Below, one piece after another: positions 1 through 6,946 of a stretch of 12,905 nucleotides of DNA. A program made the position numbers and the translations under genes. Position 1 is the first letter of the stretch; the number at the start of each line of letters is the position of its first letter. The stretch is from Opitutus sp. GAS368 (GTDB lineage: Bacteria; Verrucomicrobiota; Verrucomicrobiia; Opitutales; Opitutaceae). A model generated the notes under the pieces. That model saw only the letters and a program-made list of their open reading frames with translations, was not told the origin of the DNA and ran no database searches. The stretch covers positions 1-12,905 of the forward strand of contig CAMAVZ010000046.1 of the NCBI GenBank assembly GCA_945861645.1. The letters run 5' to 3'.

Positions 1-249
1 AAAAATCGTGGGCGGGTGGATATTCTTCGTGAAACGGCTGGACGCGGTGGCAAGACGGTAACGGTCGTGACAAATTTTACGGGCATTGGTTTGCCCGAAA
101 AAGAGCAACTCGCCAAAAAAATGCGAAATGCGTGTGGCGCCGGCGGGACGGTTAAAGACGGGCGGATCGAAATTCAGGGAGACCGCCGCAAGATCGTCGC
201 CAAAATTCTAACGGCGGCAGGTTTCCGTCCCGTCTTGGCCGGCGGCTAG
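1..249 (+). CDS. yciH: Translation initiation factor SUI1/YciH family protein (5'-truncated by window edge)
   Basis: Frame is open from base 1 (KNRGRVDILRETAGRGGKTVTVV...) to TAG at 247-249. It carries the SUI1-family motifs GRGGKTVT, CGAGGTVKDG and IEIQGD. Confidence 0.9.
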   Translation, partial: KNRGRVDILRETAGRGGKTVTVVTNFTGIGLPEKEQLAKKMRNACGAGGTVKDGRIEIQGDRRKIVAKILTAAGFRPVLAGG

Positions 250-284
250 TCGATCATTGATCGCGAGCTGCCCTCCTCCAGTCA

Positions 285-1163
285 CTACGCCGCTAATCCT
301 GCGGCCAGGGCCAGCGCGCTACGCGCTCGATTCATGATATAGAGATGATACCCCGGTGCGCCGTTAGCCAGCAGTCCGCGGATCTGCTCGAGCGCCCAGT
401 CGATGCCCATCATTTCAACCACGTCGGGATTTTCGGCGGCGACTTCGAGTCGAGTGATCAGCTGGGGGGGGAGATGCGCGCCGCACATTTCCGTAAAGCG
501 GCGTACCTGCTTGAGCGAAAGTACGGGCATGATCCCAGGCACAATGGGCACCGTAATTCCCGCGGCGCGGCATTTTTCGACGAATCGATAATAAACGGTG
601 TTATCGAAAAAAAGCTGAGTCGTGATAAACGCGGCGCCGGCATCGACTTTGCGGCGGAGGTGTCCGAGGTCGATCTCGAGGGAAAGGGATTCCGGGTGTT
701 TTTCGGGATAGCCCGCTACGCCCAAGCAGAAGTCGGCGTGGCGTGATTTTAGTAGCTGCACCAGCTCACTGGCATGGCTCAGACCGTCGAGCGCTGGACG
801 AAACTTGGTGTCGCCCTTCGGTGGGTCGCCGCGCAACGTCATGATATTCCGAAAGCCGGCTTGGTGTAACTGGTCAGCGGTGGCGCCAAGCTCGGCTCGC
901 GAGTGGCCCACACACGTCAAGTGCGGCATAACGGTGAAACCGAATTCATTTTTTAGCATCGCGCTGGCTTGGGCGGTGCGATCGCGGGTGGTGCCGCCGG
1001 CGCCATAGGTCACGGAAACAAAATCAGGCGCGATGTGCTGCAGGCTGGTGGCAGTCTGCCGCAGGGTTAAAAGGCCGGCTTCATCCTTCGGTGGAAAGAA
1101 TTCCAGCGAGCGCACGATGGGCTGCGTGGTCAGTAAATGAGAGATTAACCGATCGGGTAGCAT
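285..1163 (-). CDS. metF: 5,10-methylenetetrahydrofolate reductase
   Basis: 292 aa with MTHFR motifs SLEFFPPK, FVSVTYGAGG, PHLTC, LRGDPP, GYPEKHP, ITTQLFFDN and PGIMP. Confidence 0.96.
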   Translation of the reverse strand: MLPDRLISHLLTTQPIVRSLEFFPPKDEAGLLTLRQTATSLQHIAPDFVSVTYGAGGTTRDRTAQASAMLKNEFGFTVMPHLTCVGHSRAELGATADQLHQAGFRNIMTLRGDPPKGDTKFRPALDGLSHASELVQLLKSRHADFCLGVAGYPEKHPESLSLEIDLGHLRRKVDAGAAFITTQLFFDNTVYYRFVEKCRAAGITVPIVPGIMPVLSLKQVRRFTEMCGAHLPPQLITRLEVAAENPDVVEMMGIDWALEQIRGLLANGAPGYHLYIMNRARSALALAAGLAA

Positions 1164-1200
1164 TAAATATCAATACATCTAGATTTGATGATATGTAAAG
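1164..1200 (-). promoter_or_regulatory. Putative metF promoter/operator: AT-rich element with dyad symmetry
   Basis: AT-rich island directly upstream of the metF ATG. It contains the palindrome ATCTAGAT (1177-1184) and two overlapping imperfect ATATCAA-N6-TTGATAT-like boxes (1167-1186 and 1175-1194). TTTACA on the minus strand is a -35 candidate. Confidence 0.55.
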
Positions 1201-1250
1201 CTAAGAGTGCTCGAGCTGGGCCGGGCGCGAGTGAGCCGCCGAGTGCTGGG

Positions 1251-2369
1251 CTAGGCCGGACTGGTCGCGGCTTCGCGGGCGCGCTCGGTCTTTAAGCGCA
1301 ATTGGCCGCAGGCGGCATCGATGGCGTGGCCTTTTTCGCGGCGAAGGGTGACGGAGACGCCACCGTTAAAAAGAATTTTGGCAAATTTTTCCTGACGGGT
1401 GAGGCTCGGGCGTTTCCATGGCAGGCCCTCGACCGTATTATAAGGAATTAAATTTACGTGCGCGTGAAGATCGTAGGCGATGTCGCGTAATTTTTCCGCC
1501 TGTTCGAGCGAGTCGTTAATTTCCTCGATGAGGATAAACTCCAAGGTGACCATGCGCCCTTTTTTCTCCGAGAATTCTTTTACCGCCGGTAACAATTCGC
1601 GCAACGGCCACTTTTTATTGATGGGCATAATCTGCTCGCGGACTTCGTCGGTGGCCCCGTGTAAGCTAATCGCGAGGCGGAGGCCGAGGGGTTCATCCGC
1701 GAGTTGCTTAATGCGCGGGACGAGTCCGGACGTGGAGAGGGTGATCCGGCGGGCGCCGAACCCGAGGCCCCATTCCGCATTCAGAATGGTCAGAGCGCGG
1801 ATGATGGCATCGTAGTTGTGCAGCGGCTCACCCATGCCCATGACGACCAGATTATCAAAAGAGGCGAGTTCTGCCCGGGCGCGAGGGGTGCGCTCATCTT
1901 CTTGTCGGCAGACTTGGATCAGTTGGTGCACGATCTCGCCCGCGCTCAGGTTGCGTTTGAGGCCTTCCAGGCCTGAGGCGCAAAATTTGCAACCCATGGC
2001 GCAGCCCACTTGGGTCGAAATGCAGATGGTTTTGCGCGAATTTTCCTGGCCGACGCCCAATTGGGGGGCGCGGATGATGACGGTCTCAATGAGGGCTTGA
2101 TCGCTTAATTCGAGTAATAATTTATCCGTCACATCTTCTGATTGTTTGGTGAGGACGAAGGCGGTGGGGTTGAGCTCGAACGTTTCGTCGAGCCATTGGC
2201 GCAGCGGCACCGAGAGATTAGTCATCTCAGGCCAAGTGCTGACGCGTTTTTTATAAAGCCAATCCAGAATCTGCCGCGCGCGAAAAGCCGGATGACCATG
2301 CTCGGTGAGCAGCAGGGTGAGGGATTCGAGCGTTTCGCCGTGGAGGGCGCGCTTGGTGGTGGGCATCAT
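1251..2369 (-). CDS. rlmN: Radical SAM 23S rRNA m2A2503/tRNA methyltransferase RlmN
   Basis: CxxxCxxC motif (CAMGCKFC), ICISTQVGC, MGMGEPL, SLHG, VNLIPYN and C-terminal IDAACGQL. Start placed at the ATG ATG at 2369/2366 rather than 2435. Confidence 0.95.
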   Translation of the reverse strand: MMPTTKRALHGETLESLTLLLTEHGHPAFRARQILDWLYKKRVSTWPEMTNLSVPLRQWLDETFELNPTAFVLTKQSEDVTDKLLLELSDQALIETVIIRAPQLGVGQENSRKTICISTQVGCAMGCKFCASGLEGLKRNLSAGEIVHQLIQVCRQEDERTPRARAELASFDNLVVMGMGEPLHNYDAIIRALTILNAEWGLGFGARRITLSTSGLVPRIKQLADEPLGLRLAISLHGATDEVREQIMPINKKWPLRELLPAVKEFSEKKGRMVTLEFILIEEINDSLEQAEKLRDIAYDLHAHVNLIPYNTVEGLPWKRPSLTRQEKFAKILFNGGVSVTLRREKGHAIDAACGQLRLKTERAREAATSPA

Positions 2370-2487
2370 GACTCGCGAGGTTTGCGCTGGTCGGAGCCAG
2401 CTGGCAAGCGATGAAGCGCCGCCCGCCGCGCGCATCGCTAAAAGAGGGATTGCTCGCCTAGCGGCGGCCGCCCAAGTTTAGCCAAGC

Positions 2488-3627
2488 ATGAACCTCATTC
2501 ACCGGCATATTTTTGCGAACGTCATCCTGACGTGTGCTGCGGCGGTAGGCTTGTTTGCTTTTGTGCTCATGATGGGCAACGCGCTGAAAGATTTACTGCC
2601 GCTCATGCTAGCGGGGCAATTAGCCTGGGATACCTCCCTGCGCTTGGTCGGACTATTAGTGCCGTTTGTCGTCTCCTACGCATTGCCGATGGGCATGTTG
2701 ACGGGGATTTTATTGGTGTTAGGGCGCATGTCTGCGGAAGGCGAAATTACCGCGCTGCGGGCTGCGGGCTTGAGTGTGGCCTGGTTATCCGCGCCGATAT
2801 TATTTGCGGCGATTCTGGGGGTCATTCTTTGCGGCTTGATCAATTTTCAATTTATGCCGGTCGCGCGGCTTACCTATCACCGCGAGATGGCGGCGGCCGT
2901 GCAGCAAAATCCGCTGAGCTTTATTGTCCCCAAAACTTTTATTCGGGATTTTCCGGGGATAGTGCTGTACGCCGGCGAAAAAAAGGGAGCAGCGCTCAAA
3001 GATTTTTGGCTCTGGGAGTTGGACACGAAAAATCGGGTGAAGCGATTTGCCCGATCTGATTCCGGCCGGCTTAGTTTTGATGAGGCGAACAATAAATTAA
3101 TTCTGACCTTAGAACGAACATCGGCCGAGGTGCGGGATGAGCAAGACCCCGAGAATTTTACCGCGGCGCGCGGAGCCGCCGCGTGGGATCAAGCAACGTT
3201 TGATCTACCGCTGGATAAGGTCACCGGGCAGCGCACGGTTGGGCTCAAGGACAAATGGCTGACCTTTAGTCAGCTGGTGGCAAAATGGCGCCGGCTGAAC
3301 GTGCCGGATGCCAAATTGACGACAGCGGAGCAAGCCAAGCAACAGATGCGCGTGCAGATTGCCCTGCATGAAAAATTTGCTACGGCCTTCTCCGTCTTAT
3401 CGTTTGCGCTCATTGCTATTCCTCTGGGGATCAAGGCTTCGCGTAAAGAAACCTCCGCCAATCTTGGGCTGGGCTTAGCTCTGACGATGGCCTATTATTT
3501 CGGGACGATTATCGCAAGCTGGTGTGATAATTATATCGGTTTACGGCCCGACCTGCTCATGTGGGTGCCGACGCTCGCTTTTCAGGCTTTAGGGCTTTGG
3601 ATGTTTTATAAAATTGATCGTGCTTAG
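2488..3627 (+). CDS. LptF/LptG (YjgP/YjgQ) family LPS export permease
   Basis: 379 aa with three N-terminal TM segments, the motif GRMSAEGEITALRAAGLS, a periplasmic beta-rich domain and three C-terminal TM segments (ALIAIPLG...). I cannot tell LptF from LptG by eye. Confidence 0.9.
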   Translation: MNLIHRHIFANVILTCAAAVGLFAFVLMMGNALKDLLPLMLAGQLAWDTSLRLVGLLVPFVVSYALPMGMLTGILLVLGRMSAEGEITALRAAGLSVAWLSAPILFAAILGVILCGLINFQFMPVARLTYHREMAAAVQQNPLSFIVPKTFIRDFPGIVLYAGEKKGAALKDFWLWELDTKNRVKRFARSDSGRLSFDEANNKLILTLERTSAEVRDEQDPENFTAARGAAAWDQATFDLPLDKVTGQRTVGLKDKWLTFSQLVAKWRRLNVPDAKLTTAEQAKQQMRVQIALHEKFATAFSVLSFALIAIPLGIKASRKETSANLGLGLALTMAYYFGTIIASWCDNYIGLRPDLLMWVPTLAFQALGLWMFYKIDRA

Positions 3628-3652
3628 CCCAGATCATGGCGAAATCGCGGTC

Positions 3653-3680
3653 TGTAACCCATCGAGCAGTAGCGCGTCTC
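3653..3680 (+). promoter_or_regulatory. ECF sigma-type promoter, probably autoregulatory
   Basis: TGTAAC (3653-3658), 16-nt spacer, CGTCTC (3675-3680), ending 27 nt before the sigma factor ATG. This matches the general ECF AAC...CGT promoter geometry. Confidence 0.7.
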
Positions 3681-3707
3681 TAGTGAGGTGTTAGTTTATC
3701 ACTCTCT

Positions 3708-4301
3708 ATGGATCCAGCTGAAGCCGCTTTTGATGTGGCCGCCTGTCTTAAATTGGTTCGCCACCGCGACCAAACGGCGGCGCGGGAACTCGTGGAGCAT
3801 CTCCACCCTCTGGTTATTCGGATTGTGCGCGCCCGGCTCCCGCGGCGCGTGGCCGAAGAAGACCTTGTGCAGGATATTTTTCTGAAAATGTTCACTCGCC
3901 TCGAACAATATCAAGGTAATGTGCCGTTCCCACACTGGGTGTCGCGGATCGCGGTGACGACCTGCATTGATCAGCTGCGTGCGCAGCAGCGCCGGCCGGA
4001 ATTTCGCTGGGCTGACTTATCTGAACAGGAAGCGGAAGTGCTCGATGCGGTCCTCACTGATGGTCGCGAGCCGCGCCCGGGTGATGCGTTAGCCGCGCGC
4101 GAGCTGGTCGATAAATTGCTCACGCAGCTCAAGCCGGATGATCAGCTCGTCATTCAATTATTAGATTTGGAGCAAAAAACGATGGTCGAGATCAGCGCTC
4201 TCACCGGTTGGAATCAGACACTCATTAAGGTGCGCGCTTTCCGCGCCCGCCGAAAATTGCAGAAATTATTTCAAACCTTAACCAGCAAGGAGAAATCATG
4301 A
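3708..4301 (+). CDS. ECF-family RNA polymerase sigma-70 factor
   Basis: 197 aa with region 2 (AEEDLVQDIFLKMF...FPHWVSRIAVTTCIDQLR) and region 4.2 HTH (EISALTGWNQTLIKVRAFRARRKL). Confidence 0.93.
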   Translation: MDPAEAAFDVAACLKLVRHRDQTAARELVEHLHPLVIRIVRARLPRRVAEEDLVQDIFLKMFTRLEQYQGNVPFPHWVSRIAVTTCIDQLRAQQRRPEFRWADLSEQEAEVLDAVLTDGREPRPGDALAARELVDKLLTQLKPDDQLVIQLLDLEQKTMVEISALTGWNQTLIKVRAFRARRKLQKLFQTLTSKEKS

Positions 4302-4591
4302 ACCGGTTCAATCGTTCCTGGCAGAAACTGACGGCGCTCGCCCGGCAGGTACCTGCCGCTGAGTGGGAGTCGGCACCTTTGGGGTTGGCGACACGCGTCG
4401 TCGCTCGGGCCTGGTCCGAGCCGGCGGCGCGGCCTTGGGCGGTGATGGAACGTTTCGCGTTCCGGGGTCTCATGGTGGCCGTGGCGCTCGGTGGAGCTGC
4501 GGCAATTTTTGATGATAGTGGGTCTACCGCTGAGCCCAATGAAGATTACGCGAACGCGGATACCGTCAATGAACTGCTGGACCTGACTTAA
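4298..4591 (+). CDS. Small single-TM protein, putative anti-sigma factor
   Basis: 97 aa. ATGA overlap with the sigma factor stop, N-terminal cytoplasmic helices (APLGLATRVVARAW), one hydrophobic segment (FAFRGLMVAVALGGAAAIF) and a short acidic tail. Confidence 0.75.
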   Translation: MNRFNRSWQKLTALARQVPAAEWESAPLGLATRVVARAWSEPAARPWAVMERFAFRGLMVAVALGGAAAIFDDSGSTAEPNEDYANADTVNELLDLT

Positions 4592-4592
4592 A

Positions 4593-5084
4593 ATGAATAA
4601 ACCCTGGAAATTAATTCTTCTCTTAATCGGTATTTTTATCGCGGGTAGTGTGACGGGTGCCTTGGTCATGCAGAAAATTGGCCGAGCCGCGGCGGCGAAG
4701 CGTCCGCTGCCAGAGCAATGGGCTCCACTCCATTTGAAGCGGCTAGTCGATCGGCTGGATTTACAGCCGGAGCAGGTTGACCAATTGCGGCCGATCGTCC
4801 GTCGCAATATGGAGCAGCTTAATCGGCTACGGGCTTTTTCTCTGGCTGAGACCAAGAGTGGGGTGGAACAGATGGAACGAGAAATTGCCGATAAATTGCG
4901 TCCGGAGCAGCGCGCCAAATTTGAGCAGATGAACAAAGAAATGCGGGAGCGCGCCAAACGGTTGGGCCATGATCGTCCGCCCGGTGGCCCCAACGCGCCC
5001 CGCCCAGAACGGACTCGCCCCAGCGGCGGGTCGCCGTTGCCGCCCGGCGATGGTCCGGCCTCAGAGAAGCCAAGGCATCACTGA
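4593..5084 (+). CDS. Membrane-anchored periplasmic helical protein, Spy/CpxP/ZraP/CnrX-like
   Basis: 163 aa with an N-terminal anchor (WKLILLLIGIFIAGSVTGALV), two LTxxQ-like motifs (LDLQPEQ, KLRPEQRAKF) and a Pro/Gly-rich tail. Starts 1 nt after the previous stop. Confidence 0.75.
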   Translation: MNKPWKLILLLIGIFIAGSVTGALVMQKIGRAAAAKRPLPEQWAPLHLKRLVDRLDLQPEQVDQLRPIVRRNMEQLNRLRAFSLAETKSGVEQMEREIADKLRPEQRAKFEQMNKEMRERAKRLGHDRPPGGPNAPRPERTRPSGGSPLPPGDGPASEKPRHH

Positions 5085-5159
5085 TCGGGGTCGGCTCGCT
5101 TCGGTTATTTTTTCTACCAGCTCAGCGTGGCGTGAGTTGACCGACATTTTTTATTTTAG

Positions 5160-5187
5160 TTGTCAGGGTAAGGTGTCCGCCTACGTT
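5160..5187 (+). promoter_or_regulatory. Sigma-70 promoter of the SRP RNA
   Basis: TTGTCA (5160-5165), 16-nt spacer, TACGTT (5182-5187), ending 6 nt before the RNA stem. An AT-rich UP-like tract lies upstream. Confidence 0.65.
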
Positions 5188-5193
5188 CTGCCT

Positions 5194-5291
5194 TGGCTAG
5201 GCGCCATGCATGAGTAGGCGCGTGAACCCCGCCAGGGCCGGAAGGCAGCAACGGTGACGACGTCCTCCCAGTGCCGTGGATTGCCTAGCCA
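5194..5291 (+). ncRNA. ffs: Small bacterial signal recognition particle RNA (4.5S)
   Basis: Helix-8 signature CAGGGCCGGAAGGCAGCA with a GGAA tetraloop. Terminal stem TGGCTAGGC (5194-5202)/GCCTAGCCA (5283-5291), 98 nt overall, followed by T6 (5293-5298). Position directly upstream of dnaX is a known synteny. Confidence 0.93.
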
Positions 5292-5393
5292 CTTTTTTAA
5301 GCGCCGGCCCGGCTAAAGCGGTGAAGCCTTAAAGAAATCAGAAACGAGGGCTGGATTTTTTATCGCATCGGTCTTTCAGTCATTCCGTCCTTC

Positions 5394-6536
5394 ATGGCCA
5401 CCCCTTATCAAGTCATTGCCCGCAAGTGGCGCCCGCAGACCTTTGACGATGTCGTCGGGCAGGATCATGTGGTGCGTACGCTGAAAAATGCCATTGCGCG
5501 CAATCGCATCGCCCACGCTTATTTATTAGTGGGACCGCGCGGCACGGGTAAGACCAGCACGGCCCGGATTTTCGCCAAGGCGCTCAATGCCACTGGTGGT
5601 CCCAACGCCAGTTTTGATCCGCTTGATCCCATTTGTGCGGATATCGCAGAAGGTCGTTGTTTGGATGTGATCGAATTCGATGCGGCGTCCAATACGCAAG
5701 TCGACAAGGTGCGCGAGTTCATCATCGACACCGTGGCCTATGCGCCGGCGCAGGCGCGCTTCAAGGTCTACATCATTGATGAGGTGCACATGCTTTCGGC
5801 GGGCTCCTTCAATGCCTTGCTGAAAACGCTCGAGGAGCCGCCCGCGCACGTGAAATTTATTTTCGCCACGACGGATCCGCAGAAAATGCCGGCAACCGTT
5901 ATTTCCCGTTGTCAGCGTTTTGATCTTAAGCCCATTCCCAGCGAGCTGATTGTGCAGCGGCTGAAGAAAATCGCGGTGGCCGATAAGATTAAAGTCAGTG
6001 ACGCGGCCTTGGCCAGTATTGCGCGCATGGCGGATGGCGGCATGCGGGACGCTCAATCTATTTTTGACCAGATGATTTCTTTTTGCGGCACGGAGGTCGG
6101 TGAGGCGGATGTGCTCGATGTCTATGGGTTGGTCGCCGAGGGAAAAATCGCGGCGCTCGCGGCGGCGCTGGCCGTGGCTGATCATAAGAAAATTATCGAG
6201 CTGGTCGACGAAGCGGACGAAAACGGCCGCGACCTTTTTCGCTTACTGGTAGATTTGCAGACCCACGTGCAGACGGCTTTGCTCGCGGCAATCGCGCAGG
6301 GCGGGACCAGCGAGCGGTTAGGGGCTCCGCTGACCACCGAACAGTTAACGCGGTTGCTGGACGGGCTGCACGAAGGGGAGAACGGCGTGAAGCATGGTTT
6401 ATCCCAGAAAATTAATTTTGAAGTAGCCTTGCTCAAGGCGGTGGAGGCCAGTCGAGCCCGCGCGATTGACAGCTTGATTAAAGAAATTGCGACGCTGGCC
6501 GAAGGCTTACCCGAAGGCTCAAAAAAAAACGACTAA
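5394..6536 (+). CDS. dnaX: DNA polymerase III clamp loader subunit gamma/tau (zero-frame product is gamma-sized, 380 aa)
   Basis: [13 protein letters not shown], Walker [14 protein letters not shown], Walker [24 protein letters not shown] motif (ISRCQRF) and GGMRDA. Confidence 0.96.
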   Translation: MATPYQVIARKWRPQTFDDVVGQDHVVRTLKNAIARNRIAHAYLLVGPRGTGKTSTARIFAKALNATGGPNASFDPLDPICADIAEGRCLDVIEFDAASNTQVDKVREFIIDTVAYAPAQARFKVYIIDEVHMLSAGSFNALLKTLEEPPAHVKFIFATTDPQKMPATVISRCQRFDLKPIPSELIVQRLKKIAVADKIKVSDAALASIARMADGGMRDAQSIFDQMISFCGTEVGEADVLDVYGLVAEGKIAALAAALAVADHKKIIELVDEADENGRDLFRLLVDLQTHVQTALLAAIAQGGTSERLGAPLTTEQLTRLLDGLHEGENGVKHGLSQKINFEVALLKAVEASRARAIDSLIKEIATLAEGLPEGSKKND

Positions 6537-6559
6537 CGACCCCGGCTGACGGTGGGGCG
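6521..6559 (+). other. Putative recoding site: A9 run / A_AAA_AAC slippery heptamer with a downstream GC-rich hairpin
   Basis: Zero frame reads TCA AAA AAA AAC GAC TAA with nine As at 6521-6529. A modest stem-loop is possible in CGACCCCGGCTGACGGTGGGGCG (6537-6559). Confidence 0.7.
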
Positions 6560-6907
6560 AGTGGTTTAAATGGAGGGGCGTCGGGGGTGGGGCAGAAGGA
6601 ATCCGACGAGGAAGATGCGCCGATCGCTCGCGGAGCGGGGGGCACGCCTGCCGATGAGGCGATGCCCAGCGGTCCATCGCTAGAGGAAGAAGCGACTCTG
6701 CTGATGGCTCAGCGCGGCTTGGAGGAATTTTATGGACCGGCGCCGCTCGCGGAGAATTTGGCGCCGATAACCGCCGAGGAATCGTTACCGCCGCTCGAGG
6801 ATTTGGTTAAGCGCATTCCGCCGGCTACTCGTGATTTACTGGAAGAATTATTTCGCGCCCGTTTCGTCACGGTCAAGCGCGTGCCAAAATTAGCGCTGAA
6901 ATCCTGA
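6530..6907 (+). CDS. -1 frame extension of dnaX (tau-like C-terminal part); alternatively a separate small ORF from GTG 6587
   Basis: The -1 frame has no stop between TAA 6479-6481 and TGA 6905-6907. It reads [29 protein letters not shown]..., a low-complexity acidic linker, then [34 protein letters not shown]. Confidence 0.7.
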   Translation, partial: RLTTPADGGASGLNGGASGVGQKESDEEDAPIARGAGGTPADEAMPSGPSLEEEATLLMAQRGLEEFYGPAPLAENLAPITAEESLPPLEDLVKRIPPATRDLLEELFRARFVTVKRVPKLALKS

Positions 6908-6946
6908 AGTGGCGCGGCGCAGTCGGATAAAATATCTGCCCAGCGG

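Noticed and set aside
251-263. Inverted repeat CGATCATTGATCG between convergent yciH and metF
   Set aside because: Too short and lacks a U-tract; could be chance.
1164-1250. SAM or SAH riboswitch upstream of metF
   Set aside because: No recognisable SAM-I/II or SAH core, and the space is short; the AT-rich dyad looks like a protein operator.
2370-2435. Longer rlmN start at 2435
   Set aside because: The extension is not RlmN-like and covers the likely promoter; ATG 2369/2366 fits better.
4271-4993. 240-aa antisense ORF, and similar antisense ORFs such as 5526..6185, 6730..7359 and 345..746
   Set aside because: They overlap well-supported genes, have no recognisable motifs and are expected in GC-rich DNA.
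5118-5152. Hairpin CAGCTCA/TGAGTTG after the ECF cassette as a terminator
   Set aside because: Weak stem with a G-U pair and a T-tract offset by 7 nt; the T-rich stretch may instead be the UP element of the ffs promoter.
5194-5291. Novel structured RNA or riboswitch upstream of dnaX
   Set aside because: Fully explained as the standard small SRP RNA.
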